Part shown: one piece after another, positions 42,710-52,726 of the stretch
Position numbering within the stretch: the stretch's first letter is position 1
How the letters are laid out: each line of letters starts with the position of its first letter
Assembly (NCBI GenBank): GCA_031274285.1
Contig: JAISQJ010000151.1
Coordinates: 3,843-67,842 of the forward strand
Reading direction: 5' to 3'
Source: Treponema sp.
GTDB taxonomy: Bacteria > Spirochaetota > Spirochaetia > Treponematales > Breznakiellaceae
DNA: 64,000 nucleotides
Program-made: the position numbers and the translations under genes
Notes under the pieces: generated by a model
Seen by the model: the letters and a program-made list of their open reading frames with translations, nothing else
Told to the model about the DNA's origin: nothing
Databases searched by the model: none

Positions 42710-44431
42710 TTAGAAACCATAGCCCAGGCTGAAAAATAACAGGCCCGGTTTAATGCCCTTGATATCGCCGATGTAGAAATTGTGCTGATAGGCCGCCTGG
42801 AGGAATAAACCGGGCACCGCGGAGGTGGTAAACATCAGCCCGCCCTTGATGGAAACAGCGAACCCCATGTCTTTTTCAGGCAGCGGATCATAGGGGTTAG
42901 GCGTTCTTGGGGCCGGTTCTTTTACCGCTATGCCAAGTCCAAAATCGGCGTAGGGGGTAAGGGCGGCTTTTTTCATCCTGACGGGGAAATACAGTCCGGC
43001 GGTCGTCTCCCCCTGGAAAAATTCTTTCCCCCCGGTGTAGACCTTTAGGCCGTAGCCCGTAATCCCTGTCCTGAATTTAAAGTCCGCCCCGAAGGCGGGG
43101 CCCGTTTCCAGTACCACGGCAAGCCCCGCGGAAAATTGAAAGGAATAATCGGTTATAAGCCGTTTCGCGTCCCGTTCAGCCCGGTCCCGTTCTTCAACCA
43201 GGGTCTTGTTCCCCGCGGCAAAATCCCCAAAGGCGCTGATCCGCCAGATACCGTAGTCGTTGACCCAATCGGAACTGATGGTGCTGCCGTTGACGTTAAA
43301 AACAACGGTAAAGCCGTTTTTGTTATTGGGGGCCGTGCTGTCCACGGTTACGGAGATTCTTCCCGGCCTTGTCCGCAAGGCATTTTCGATGGTCCAGGCC
43401 ACCGCGTAGCCCATGCCCTCCACCGGGGAATGGACAAAGGCCCGGATAATATCATCCTGGACCGTCCTGTTGGCCTTGCGCAGTGTTTCTACCAGCGCGT
43501 ATTCGGCGTTTTCCCCAATGCATGCGTTGGAAAGATACTTGGCGATATGTTCATAGACGGCCCTGGATTCCCCGAGACCTTCGGTAAAGGCGCCCACCCG
43601 GGCGTCCAGGCGGGGCCGTTCGTCCTCCGGCCTGGGACCCAGGGCGGAACTTAAAAAAGCGTTGACCCGATCAACGGGGATGGAAAAATTCGCGGCCTGG
43701 CGGAAGCGGGCGCTTAGGGTGTTGATTCCCGCTACCGCGTAGCCGGTGGGAACCCCCTCGTCTCGGACCAGCAACGGTCCGCCGGAATTTCCAGGGTCCA
43801 CCTGGGCGGTATGCTGGATATAGGGGCCCATGATTCGGCCCGTTGTCGTATCGTCATTTACCGGAAACTCAACGCGGACGTTGGAGACCATGCCCCGGCC
43901 AAACTGCCAGAGGGTAACGGCGCCCAGGCCGGGGAACCCCGCGGAAAATACATCTTCTCCCTCGGCAACCGGCCGGTCAAGAAAGGTTAAGCCCTTGGGG
44001 TAGGGCTCCCCCCCCCCCCCCCCCCCCCCACGGAAGGCCAGGAGGGCAATATCCATTTCTTCGTCGGCCGCGATGATGGTAAGGCCGCCGTAGGTAATTT
44101 TACCACCGTCCTGCTTTTCAAAGGTGACCGATATATCGTAGGACTGGGTAATCACATGGTGGTTGGTGATGACATAGTTGGCGCCATTCGGGGCTACATA
44201 CACAAAACCCGTACCGGAGCCGCCTTTCAGATAATCGTCAATGCTTTTGGCGGCATCCGCATTGCCCCGCCGCTCAAAATCGGCCTTGGATTTTCCCAGG
44301 TAGGCGACAATGTCGGGATGGAAGGTTTGGTTGATCAGGCCCACATAATCCCTAAGGGATTCGGTTTGCCCGAAACAGAAAAGACCGGACACGGAGATTA
44401 TGGCTGCTGCCAAAAAAATACGGCGACGCAT
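42710..44431 (-). CDS. Trypsin-like (S1C/HtrA-type catalytic domain) serine protease fused to a C-terminal beta-barrel-like domain
   Basis: Signal peptide. ITNHHVI (His), DIALLAF (Asp), GNSGGPLLV (Ser). The C-terminal approx. 150 aa have an alternating pattern ending LFFSLGYGF. Contains the poly-G tract encoding GGGGGGG. Confidence 0.8.
   Translation of the reverse strand: MRRRIFLAAAIISVSGLFCFGQTESLRDYVGLINQTFHPDIVAYLGKSKADFERRGNADAAKSIDDYLKGGSGTGFVYVAPNGANYVITNHHVITQSYDISVTFEKQDGGKITYGGLTIIAADEEMDIALLAFRGGGGGGGEPYPKGLTFLDRPVAEGEDVFSAGFPGLGAVTLWQFGRGMVSNVRVEFPVNDDTTTGRIMGPYIQHTAQVDPGNSGGPLLVRDEGVPTGYAVAGINTLSARFRQAANFSIPVDRVNAFLSSALGPRPEDERPRLDARVGAFTEGLGESRAVYEHIAKYLSNACIGENAEYALVETLRKANRTVQDDIIRAFVHSPVEGMGYAVAWTIENALRTRPGRISVTVDSTAPNNKNGFTVVFNVNGSTISSDWVNDYGIWRISAFGDFAAGNKTLVEERDRAERDAKRLITDYSFQFSAGLAVVLETGPAFGADFKFRTGITGYGLKVYTGGKEFFQGETTAGLYFPVRMKKAALTPYADFGLGIAVKEPAPRTPNPYDPLPEKDMGFAVSIKGGLMFTTSAVPGLFLQAAYQHNFYIGDIKGIKPGLLFFSLGYGF
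44008..44029 (-). repeat. 22-nt homopolymer (poly-C on plus strand = poly-G on coding strand) inside the protease gene
   Basis: I counted C at every position from 44008 to 44029. On the coding strand it reads cgt-(ggg)x7-gag, i.e. R-GGGGGGG-E, in frame as assembled. Confidence 0.9.
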
Positions 44432-44484
44432 AAGGCCCCCTTACGCCGCTAACATACCACGGCTCCAGCGGGAAGTAAAGGGGC

Positions 44485-45921
44485 TTAAGGGGATAACAGC
44501 CCGTCCAGCCGGATCAGGGCAATCACGTAGATGGTGAGGGCCTCCAGAAGCCGGTCAATTTCCACCGATTCGTCCCTGCCGTGGGGGGTCCCGAATTTCG
44601 GTTTCGCTCCCTCCGGCCGGGCGGACATGGGATAGCCCGGACCGTAGGGGATGGCGTTTTTCAGTTTTCTGGCGTGGGTTCCGCCGCCCATAAAATAGGG
44701 CTTGGCGTCAAGGTGGAGGAATTCGTTGGCCGTATCGGTCAGCAGCCGGACCACGGGGCTTTCGGGATCATCGTAGCGGGGACCGCTGTGTTCGATAACC
44801 CGAAAGGAGAATCCGGCCTTTTCCGCGGTTTCGGTGATACGGGCGATAACCTTCTCTCCCTGACCGTGGATGGCGTAGCGGACATTGATGTTCTGCTTCA
44901 GGAGGCCGTCTTCCAGGCGGACATAGCCGCCTATGTGGGTGGTATAGCTGCCGATGTCGTCGGTCTCCTCGATGCCCAGCCCCGCGCCTTTGAAATCGGC
45001 GAAGGCGGCGGCTATGAAGGCCAGGGACTTCCCGGCGGACCCGGTGAACAGGCCGGACCCGGCCAGAACCGCGGCGAGTTTTTGAATGGCGTTGACGCTG
45101 CGCTCGGGGAAGGCCGCGTGCCCCGCCACACCGGCGGCCTCAATTTTAATATGGCCGTCCTGTTCTGACACCGCGACATCGGCGCCGTCCAGGGCCTTTT
45201 TCACGGCATCGGGGTTCCCGTCTACCAGGACAAAGGCGCTGTCCGGTACCGCGTTGGAAGCGACGCCGCCGGAAAAATCAACGATGGCCGGCGAACCGGC
45301 CTCAGGCTCATCCAGGGCTATGCTCAACTCGCCCTCAAGGATTCCCTTTTCCCCGTAACAGACCGGAAAGGCCGCGTCCAGAACCAGGGAAAGCTCCGGA
45401 ACCTCGTGGGTTTCGGCGAAATGGATCACGTCGCCCATGCCACCGGTTTCTTCGTTACCCCCCCAGATCACCCGGACGGTATGCCTAAGGGAGATGCCCA
45501 GGTCCCGGAGGGCCCGCAGCACGTAGAGGGACAAAACCGCCGGCCCCTTGTTGTCGGCGGAGCCGCGGCCTATGACATGGCCTTCCTTCTCGACGGCGTT
45601 GTAGGGTTCGTAGGTCCAGCCGGAACCTTCGGGCACCACGTCCACGTGGTTAACCAGGCCGATCTCCCTTTTGGGATCGGTTCCGGGAAACAGGAAACTC
45701 AGGTTGTAGTACCCGTCATTGTCGGTGGCAAAGCCGTACTTCTTCCCGTATTCCACACCCTTATCAATGACCGCCGCCGGTCCCGGACCAAAGGGTTTGC
45801 CGTCCCTGCCTTTTTCGCAGACGCTGCGGATATTCACCAGCTCGATAAGGTCCTTTACCAGTTCGTCCCGGCGGGCCGGCGCCCAGGTTTCAAGCCGGGC
45901 TAACACTTCCTTCTCGGTCAT
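44485..45921 (-). CDS. M20-family dipeptidase (PepV/Sapep-like)
   Basis: NHVDVVPEG, GRGSADNKGP, GGNEETG. ATG 45921 (MTEKEVLARLE) follows AAGGAG; the track start at 46044 is an extension. Confidence 0.85.
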   Translation of the reverse strand: MTEKEVLARLETWAPARRDELVKDLIELVNIRSVCEKGRDGKPFGPGPAAVIDKGVEYGKKYGFATDNDGYYNLSFLFPGTDPKREIGLVNHVDVVPEGSGWTYEPYNAVEKEGHVIGRGSADNKGPAVLSLYVLRALRDLGISLRHTVRVIWGGNEETGGMGDVIHFAETHEVPELSLVLDAAFPVCYGEKGILEGELSIALDEPEAGSPAIVDFSGGVASNAVPDSAFVLVDGNPDAVKKALDGADVAVSEQDGHIKIEAAGVAGHAAFPERSVNAIQKLAAVLAGSGLFTGSAGKSLAFIAAAFADFKGAGLGIEETDDIGSYTTHIGGYVRLEDGLLKQNINVRYAIHGQGEKVIARITETAEKAGFSFRVIEHSGPRYDDPESPVVRLLTDTANEFLHLDAKPYFMGGGTHARKLKNAIPYGPGYPMSARPEGAKPKFGTPHGRDESVEIDRLLEALTIYVIALIRLDGLLSP

Positions 45922-45938
45922 TTCATGACGCTCCTTCT

Positions 45939-46964
45939 TCAAATATTGATGCCGGTGGCGAAATTTCCCGTTTCCCGCCAACGATGGCAGCTTACGCGGT
46001 GGCCTTCCCGGACCTGTTCCTCTCCGGGCGTTTCGGTTCGGCAAATTTCACCGGCATGGGGGCACCGGGTATGAAAAACGCAGCCCCGGGGCAGGTCGGC
46101 CGGGCTGGGAAGTTCGCCCGTTAGCTTGATTCGGTTCCGCTTTTCCCAGGGTTTCTCCACCGGAACGGCCGAAAGCAGGGCCTGGGTGTAGGGGTGTACC
46201 GGTTCCTCGAACAGGTGCTTTCTTGACCCGGTTTCCACCAGCCGGCCCAGGTACATGACGCCAATGCTGTCGCAAAAATACCGGACCACCCCCAGATCGT
46301 GGGAGATGAACAGGTAGGTCAAGTCGTAATCCTCCTGGAGTTCGCTCATCAGGTTGAGGATCTGGGCCTGCACCGACACATCCAGCGCGGCGATGGGTTC
46401 ATCCGCCACGATAAAGGCGGGCTTTAGGGCCAGGGCCCTGGCAATACCCACCCGTTGGCGCTGGCCGCCGGAAAATTCGTGGGGGTAGCGCAGAAAGCTC
46501 TCCCGGCCTATGCCGCACTTCTCCAGCACCTCTCCGGCCAGTTCCAGGGCGCCCTTCCCCCGGGCCAGGCGGTGTTTTTCGATGCCCTCGGCCACGGCCT
46601 GGCCTATGCTCATCCGCGGGTCCAGGCTGGCGTAGGGGTCCTGAAAGATGATCTGCATGTCCCGCCTGGCCCGGTGCATGGCCGCGCCGCGGAGACGCAG
46701 GCCGGTTTCGGAATTGTAGATGTCCCGGCCCGCCAGGGATACGGCGCCCCGGTCCGGCTCCACCAGGTTCAGGATAGCCCGGCCCGCGGTGGATTTTCCG
46801 CAGCCCGATTCCCCCACCAGGCCGAAGGTTTTACCCCGGTCGATGGTAAAACTTATGCCGTTCACCGCCTTAACCGTCCGCCGACCGGCGGAAAAGATTC
46901 CGGTCCGAACAGGGTAATATTTTACCAGATTTTCCACCCGCAGGAGCGGCGTGTTTTCAGACAT
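45939..46964 (-). CDS. Oligopeptide/dipeptide ABC transporter ATP-binding protein (OppF/DppF type)
   Basis: [36 protein letters not shown]-terminal Cys-rich oligopeptide-type domain. Start at ATG 46964 ([13 protein letters not shown]). Confidence 0.9.
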   Translation of the reverse strand: MSENTPLLRVENLVKYYPVRTGIFSAGRRTVKAVNGISFTIDRGKTFGLVGESGCGKSTAGRAILNLVEPDRGAVSLAGRDIYNSETGLRLRGAAMHRARRDMQIIFQDPYASLDPRMSIGQAVAEGIEKHRLARGKGALELAGEVLEKCGIGRESFLRYPHEFSGGQRQRVGIARALALKPAFIVADEPIAALDVSVQAQILNLMSELQEDYDLTYLFISHDLGVVRYFCDSIGVMYLGRLVETGSRKHLFEEPVHPYTQALLSAVPVEKPWEKRNRIKLTGELPSPADLPRGCVFHTRCPHAGEICRTETPGEEQVREGHRVSCHRWRETGNFATGINI

Positions 46965-47961
46965 AGGGCTCCTCTTCCGGACCGGGCCGGAGACAACGGA
47001 CCAGGTGGCCGCCGTTTTGGGCATCGGTTCCGGCCAGGGGCGGCAGCGATTCGGTACAGGCGCCGGTCCTGCGAAAACAGCGTTCCGCGAAAGGGCAGCC
47101 CGGCCGGCGCTCGTAGGGGCTGGGTACCAGGCCCGGTATGCTGTAGAGACGGCGTTTTTCCCCTCCGCCGGACTCGGCTTTCCGGGCCCGCATTAAGCCG
47201 TAGGTGTAAGGATGCAGGGGCCGCCGGTACAGTTCTTCCACCGGCGCTTTCTCTACCACCACGCCGGCGTACATCACCGCCACCTCGTCGGCCACCTCGG
47301 CAATAATCCCGAGATCGTGGGAAATAAAAAGCATGGTCAGATTGCCCCGTTTTTTAAGGGTCTTAAGCAGGTCCAGGATCAGGGCCTGAATGGTCACATC
47401 CAGGGCCGTGGTAGGCTCATCGGCGATCAACAGGGTGGCCTTACAGCTTACGGCCATGGCGATCATCACCCGCTGGCGCATACCCCCGGACAGTTTGTGG
47501 GGATAATCGTCGATCACCCGCTCAGGTTCGGGAATGCCCACGATGTCCAGGATTTTAAGGCACTCCTCCCGGGCCTTCGGCCCCCGTAAGCCCTGGTGAA
47601 TTCGCAGGGCCTCGCCGATCTGGTAGCCGATGGTGAACACCGGGTTCAGGGAGGTCATGGGTTCCTGAAAGATCATGGATATCTTACGCCCCCGGATATC
47701 GTTCATCTCTTTTTCCGGGAGGGAAAGGAGATCCTGCCCGTTAAAGAGAATTTTCCCCTCCCGCCAGCATCCTTTGGCGGGCAGCAGGCCCATCACCGCC
47801 AGGGAGGTCACACTCTTTCCGCAGCCGGACTCCCCGACCAGGCCCAGGGTTTGCCCCCGTTTAAGCGTGAGGCTCAGGTTCTGCACCGCCAGAATCCGTT
47901 CTTCCGCCTTGCCGAAGCCCACCGACAGGTTCCGGATGTCCAATATTGAATCGCCGGTCAT
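46957..47961 (-). CDS. Oligopeptide/dipeptide ABC transporter ATP-binding protein (OppD/DppD type)
   Basis: [35 protein letters not shown]. Start at ATG 47961 ([12 protein letters not shown]). Confidence 0.9.
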   Translation of the reverse strand: MTGDSILDIRNLSVGFGKAEERILAVQNLSLTLKRGQTLGLVGESGCGKSVTSLAVMGLLPAKGCWREGKILFNGQDLLSLPEKEMNDIRGRKISMIFQEPMTSLNPVFTIGYQIGEALRIHQGLRGPKAREECLKILDIVGIPEPERVIDDYPHKLSGGMRQRVMIAMAVSCKATLLIADEPTTALDVTIQALILDLLKTLKKRGNLTMLFISHDLGIIAEVADEVAVMYAGVVVEKAPVEELYRRPLHPYTYGLMRARKAESGGGEKRRLYSIPGLVPSPYERRPGCPFAERCFRRTGACTESLPPLAGTDAQNGGHLVRCLRPGPEEEPYV

Positions 47962-47974
47962 CAATACATCCCCG

Positions 47975-48841
47975 CTAAACCAGGGCCGCGGTCGGGTCCA
48001 GGGCATCCCGGAGTCCGTCGCCCACAAAATTGATGGAAAGCACCAGCAGGAAAACCATGGCCCCGGGGGGAATCCACATCCACCACTCGCTGGAGAGGAT
48101 CCTCATGTTTTGGGCCGCGGAAAGCATGTTGCCCCAACTGGGCTGGGGCGGTTTTACCCCCAGGCCCAAAAAACTCAGGCTGGCTTCGGAGAGCACCCCC
48201 GTGGCGATGCCCAGGGTGGCATAAATGATAATGGGTCCCAGCACGTTGGGCAGAATATGCCTCAAGATAATCTCCGCGTTATTCAGGGACAGGGCCCGGG
48301 CGGCGTCGATAAATTCCCGGGAACGCAGCGACAGGGTCTCGGCCCGGACAATGCGGGCCACGCCGGTCCAGTTCAGGGCGCCTACGATGAACACCACGTT
48401 CCATACGTTGGCTCCCAGCAGGGCCGCCAGGGAAATGGCAATGGCGTAGAAGGGAAAACACATCACGATGTCGCAGATCCGCATGATAACCGAATCCACA
48501 ATTTGCCCGAAGAAACCGGCGGTCATACCCAAAAGGATGCCGATAGATACCTGCACCAGGGTAGCGCAGACGCCCACCATAATTGATACCCGGCCGCCGT
48601 AGAGGAGACGGGACAGGACATCCCGGCCCAGTTCGTCGGTGCCCAACAAATGTTCCGCCGATGGCGGGGCTTCAATGCTGAAAAGGTCGATCTTGTTCTG
48701 ATCCCACCGGGCAAGAACCGGCGCCAGGAGGCTCATGACGGTCAGAACCGTCAGTATCACCGCTCCCGCCATGGCCAGACGGTTTCGAAGGAGCTTGCGA
48801 AGCACGATTTTTCCCGGAGACAGTATCTCTTTTCTTGACAT
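47975..48841 (-). CDS. Oligopeptide/dipeptide ABC transporter permease (OppC/DppC type)
   Basis: Six-TM permease. HLLGTDELGRDVLSRLLYG N-terminal motif. EAA loop REFIDAARALSLN. Confidence 0.9.
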   Translation of the reverse strand: MSRKEILSPGKIVLRKLLRNRLAMAGAVILTVLTVMSLLAPVLARWDQNKIDLFSIEAPPSAEHLLGTDELGRDVLSRLLYGGRVSIMVGVCATLVQVSIGILLGMTAGFFGQIVDSVIMRICDIVMCFPFYAIAISLAALLGANVWNVVFIVGALNWTGVARIVRAETLSLRSREFIDAARALSLNNAEIILRHILPNVLGPIIIYATLGIATGVLSEASLSFLGLGVKPPQPSWGNMLSAAQNMRILSSEWWMWIPPGAMVFLLVLSINFVGDGLRDALDPTAALV

Positions 48842-48864
48842 AGTTTTTCCTTATGCGGGCTTTC

Positions 48865-49830
48865 TTAAGATCGGTACTGGATCCGGGGGTCCACTACCAC
48901 GTAGAGCATATCTGCCAGGAGGTTGGCCAGGAGCGTTACCACCGCTACCATCATCACCACGCCCATGATCAGGGGATAATCCCGGTTCTGCACCGCCTCG
49001 TAATTCAGCCGCCCGATGCCGGGCCAGGAAAACACCGTCTCGGTCAGCAGCGCCCCGGACAGCAGCGCGGGTATCTGCATGGTCAATAAGGTGATAACCG
49101 GCTTCAGCGCGTTTTTCATGGCATGTTTCAGGGTAACCGCGGTCCGGGAAACCCCCTTGGCCCGGGCAGTGCGGATATAGTCCTGGGAGAGGATCTCCAC
49201 CATGCTGGACCGCATGTAACGCATAAGGCTGGCGGTGTTCATCATGCCCAGGACCATGGCCGGCATGATAAGGTGCCGGACCACGTCCAAAAAGTGGGCG
49301 AATCCGGTGTACCCGGCGCCCACCGTCACCTTCCCCGCCACCGGCAGCCACCGGAGGTCCAGCCCAAAGATCTTGATCAAAAGCATACCGAAAAAGAAGG
49401 CGGGGATGGAAAGACCGATAAAAGCCGCCACCGTGGCCAGGTAGTCGCCGACGCTGTAGCGCCGGGTCGCCGTCATAATACCGATAGGCAGGCCGAACAG
49501 AATGCTGATGACCAGGGCCGTCAGGGTAAGGGTAACGGTGTTGCCAATCCGGGAGGCGATGATGCCGGTAACCGGCGCCCGGTAATGGATGGAGTACCCC
49601 AGGTTTCCCCGGAAGGCCTGGCCTGCCCATTTGAAGTATTTAAGCCACAGGGGGTCGTAGTACCCTACCCGGCGGAGCAAATCTTCCTTAACCGCCGGCG
49701 GCGCTTCCGGGTCCACCATGGCGGCGTAGGGGTCCCCGGGCTGAAGGTTCACCATGATAAACACGATGATGGAAATACCTATCAGCACGGGGATAGCCTG
49801 CAAAATCCGCCGGATATAGTACTTGCCCAT
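48865..49830 (-). CDS. Oligopeptide/dipeptide ABC transporter permease (OppB/DppB type)
   Basis: MGKYYIRRILQAIPVLIGISIIVF start. EAA loop QDYIRTARAKGVS. Confidence 0.9.
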   Translation of the reverse strand: MGKYYIRRILQAIPVLIGISIIVFIMVNLQPGDPYAAMVDPEAPPAVKEDLLRRVGYYDPLWLKYFKWAGQAFRGNLGYSIHYRAPVTGIIASRIGNTVTLTLTALVISILFGLPIGIMTATRRYSVGDYLATVAAFIGLSIPAFFFGMLLIKIFGLDLRWLPVAGKVTVGAGYTGFAHFLDVVRHLIMPAMVLGMMNTASLMRYMRSSMVEILSQDYIRTARAKGVSRTAVTLKHAMKNALKPVITLLTMQIPALLSGALLTETVFSWPGIGRLNYEAVQNRDYPLIMGVVMMVAVVTLLANLLADMLYVVVDPRIQYRS

Positions 49831-49835
49831 GGCCG

Positions 49836-51476
49836 CTACCGCTTTATTTCCCAGTTCTGAATGTTGTTAAACGGTTCGTAGGGATACGCGCCGTAGTTAA
49901 GTACCGACGGGGAGACGGCATAGCCGATATTGGGAATGTAGAGCCACAGGCGGATCACCTTGTCGTTGTGGAACTTCGCCCACTCCCGGATCAGGGGGTC
50001 CCGGGCCTTGGGGTCCAGCGTACCGTTCACCCTGACGATGAGCTCCTCCTCGTAGGGGTCCTCGAAGCGCTCCCACCAATGGCCGGTGGCGTAACTGTCC
50101 ACCCGGAAGGTGGCGCCCATCAGCATGGCGTCGTATTCGGTGGCGGAATTCTGTAAGATCGCCAGGGTCGAGTTAAAGTCCGCCAGAATCAGCTCGGTTT
50201 CAATGCCGATATCCTGCCAGTACTGCTGCAGTACCGGTGCGGAAAGTTCCCTGGTCCGGTTGCCCGTGGGATAGTTCAGGGCCAACTGGAATTTCCGGCC
50301 GTCCTTTTCAACAATGCCGTCACCGTCACGGTCTCTCCACCCGGCCTCGGCCAGCAGGGCCCTGGCCTTTTCAGGGTTGTACGCATAGGGTTCCAGGTCC
50401 CCGGGGTAGGCGTAAGATTCCGGATGTATCAGGGTATTCAAAATAATGCCGTGGCCGTAAAGCAGCTTATCGATAATGGCCTGGCGGTCCACGGCGTAAA
50501 GCAGGGCCTGACGGACCCGGACATCCGCCAGACGGGGATCGTTATAGTCCAGGGTCACATACTGGGCCCCGGATCCCACATGCTCCACAATAGTGATTTT
50601 GTTGTCCTCGTAGAGCTTCAAATCGCTGGGGTTAAAAGACGAAAGCTCGGCGATGTCCAACTCCCCGCTGATAAGCTCCGCCTGGGCGGTGTCCCGGTTG
50701 CTCACCTTGTAGATGAACTGGTCGATCTTGGGCGCGCCGTCAAAGTAGTCCGGGTTGCGTACCAAAGATACGTACTGGTCCGGCACATACTCGCTGAATT
50801 TGAAGGGGCCGGTGCCCACCGGGTGCTGGAGCAGCGCCGTGGCCTCGTTCCAGGCCGATACGGGAGTGTTCTCCCATATATGTTTCGCCAGCACCGGACG
50901 GTCGGCGAAGTAAGCCAGGGCGCCGGCGTACACGCCGGAGAAGGTAAAACTTACGGTGGTGTCGTCGATAATCCTGATACCCCGGACCGAATCCGCGCCG
51001 CCATTGTGGTACTCCTCGTAGCCGTCAAGATGGGTGGCGAAATCCGGCGTGTCGTTGGGATAATCGCCGCTGGCCGCGGCCTGGTAGGTAAAGGCCACAT
51101 CCTCGGCGGTAAAGGGCTTACCGTCGTGCCATTTGATTCCCGGTTTCAGATGAAAGGTAATGGTGCGCTCGTCACCGGAAAACTCGTAGGAGCTGGCCAG
51201 TTTAGGCTTGAAGTTCTGCTCCTGGTCCACCACAACCAGGCGGTCGTAGACCACAAAGATCACGTTCCGGTCGTAATCGGTAAAGTAGAGGAGCGGATGG
51301 AAAAGCCCGCTGGGAGAACTCCAGACCGCGTAGCGAAGCACCGAAGCGGCGCCCGATGCCTCGGCGGGTTTTCCGCCGGTGCAGGCTGCCAGGCCCGTTA
51401 GCAGCAGAGCAAGGAGAACGGCCGGGACTGTGAAGCCGGCCCTGTTTTTTATCAAGTTTCCCGATTTAGTTTTCAT
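49836..51476 (-). CDS. ABC transporter substrate-binding lipoprotein, family 5 (peptide/nickel type)
   Basis: Lipobox LLLTGLAAC. 546 aa with SBP-5-like sequence. First gene of the five-gene transporter operon. Confidence 0.85.
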   Translation of the reverse strand: MKTKSGNLIKNRAGFTVPAVLLALLLTGLAACTGGKPAEASGAASVLRYAVWSSPSGLFHPLLYFTDYDRNVIFVVYDRLVVVDQEQNFKPKLASSYEFSGDERTITFHLKPGIKWHDGKPFTAEDVAFTYQAAASGDYPNDTPDFATHLDGYEEYHNGGADSVRGIRIIDDTTVSFTFSGVYAGALAYFADRPVLAKHIWENTPVSAWNEATALLQHPVGTGPFKFSEYVPDQYVSLVRNPDYFDGAPKIDQFIYKVSNRDTAQAELISGELDIAELSSFNPSDLKLYEDNKITIVEHVGSGAQYVTLDYNDPRLADVRVRQALLYAVDRQAIIDKLLYGHGIILNTLIHPESYAYPGDLEPYAYNPEKARALLAEAGWRDRDGDGIVEKDGRKFQLALNYPTGNRTRELSAPVLQQYWQDIGIETELILADFNSTLAILQNSATEYDAMLMGATFRVDSYATGHWWERFEDPYEEELIVRVNGTLDPKARDPLIREWAKFHNDKVIRLWLYIPNIGYAVSPSVLNYGAYPYEPFNNIQNWEIKR

Positions 51477-51517
51477 ACTTTACTCCTGTTATAGCGTTTT
51501 TTTATAGCGTTTTTTTG

Positions 51518-52513
51518 TTATGCCGCGGGCTTGCCGGCCCGGCGTACCCATTCCAGGCGGGCAAGGTCGATGTCTGCCGGAACCGTGCAATCCGCCCCCA
51601 GGATCACCCCGGTGGTCCCGGCGGCGGCAAGCAGTTTCGCCGTAAAGGCCTCGATGTCCTCTTTGGAGCCCCAGTGAAGCAGCGAACCCGGCACATTGTC
51701 GAATCCCCCCAGTACCGCCTTACCGTGGAAAATCTTTTTCCCCTCCGCCAAGTCCACGTTTTCCAGGCGGGTTGCCCAGTTGAACGCGTCGACCGGATAG
51801 TCCGCAAAGACCTGAAGATCGTTATGCTGGCCGCCGAATCCGCAAATATGGAGAATCTGCCGGCCCCCGGCCGCGGCAGCTCCCTCCAGAACCTTTAGTT
51901 CCGAAGGAGCAACCCAGCGGCGGTAAGCCGGGTGGGGGAGTTTGCCGGCGTCGGGGTTGGTAACGCTGAAGTAAATACCGTCGGCCCCGCCTTTTTTGAT
52001 AACCTCTTCGGCCAGCACGATAAGCCCCGCGGCGATAGTATCCAGGGCCTTGGCGCATACCTCGGGCTTTTCGGCCAGAAAACGGAAGGCCTGGTCCCGG
52101 CCGGCCAGGAACAGCAGGTTGTTAAGCGGCGAAAAGACATTGTAAAAGTAGGCCGTGTCTTCCTGCAGGGCGGCCACTCTTCTGACCAGCTCCACCTGCT
52201 GGGTTACCCAGGGATCGTCCGCGGAAATCACGTCGATCCCGGCGAGGCTTTCAGGGCTGTCATAGGTTTTTCCCTGCCCCCGGGGATAGTTGAAATAGCC
52301 GTCGCTCATAATCTTGACGAAGTCGGGGTGAAACGCTTCGATGTATTGCTTATGGCCCGCCACGTTTTTCTCCAGCAGCGCCGGATTGTCCACCGCGCTG
52401 TTGAATTCGCCCCCGCTTAAAAAGTGGAACCAGAATCCCGCCGGCACGCGGTCTACGCTCTCGTTCCGGAACGCCTTGAACAGTCTTTCCCTGTTCCCTT
52501 CACGTTTTCCCAT
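51518..52513 (-). CDS. Uroporphyrinogen-decarboxylase (URO-D) family protein (MtaA/CmuA-like methyltransferase fold)
   Basis: RLFKAFRNESVDRVPAGFWFHF N-terminus typical of the URO-D superfamily. I prefer ATG 52513 (MGKREGN) to the track start at 52576. Confidence 0.7.
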   Translation of the reverse strand: MGKREGNRERLFKAFRNESVDRVPAGFWFHFLSGGEFNSAVDNPALLEKNVAGHKQYIEAFHPDFVKIMSDGYFNYPRGQGKTYDSPESLAGIDVISADDPWVTQQVELVRRVAALQEDTAYFYNVFSPLNNLLFLAGRDQAFRFLAEKPEVCAKALDTIAAGLIVLAEEVIKKGGADGIYFSVTNPDAGKLPHPAYRRWVAPSELKVLEGAAAAGGRQILHICGFGGQHNDLQVFADYPVDAFNWATRLENVDLAEGKKIFHGKAVLGGFDNVPGSLLHWGSKEDIEAFTAKLLAAAGTTGVILGADCTVPADIDLARLEWVRRAGKPAA

Positions 52514-52628
52514 GTTGCTTACCCCTATATTCAAACTAATTCCTACTATTACGATAGGTTTAATTAAGTTTATCAAAGTTGAAAAAAAGGATCAAGGGAG
52601 TTTGGATAAAATATGAGGTAAGACGAGC

Positions 52629-52656
52629 CTTTCCCAAAACTGCAGTTTTGGGAAAG
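52629..52656. repeat. 28-bp perfect palindrome, copy 2 (identical to 33747-33774)
   Basis: ctttcccaaaactgcagttttgggaaag followed by cctca, as in copy 1. It lies between kdgK and the URO-D-family gene. Confidence 0.9.
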
Positions 52657-52726
52657 CCTCAGATGTAAGAAATAATAAGTGATAGTGGGTTTCTTAGTTT
52701 TTAGTTCTTGACCGCCGTTTTCCGGC

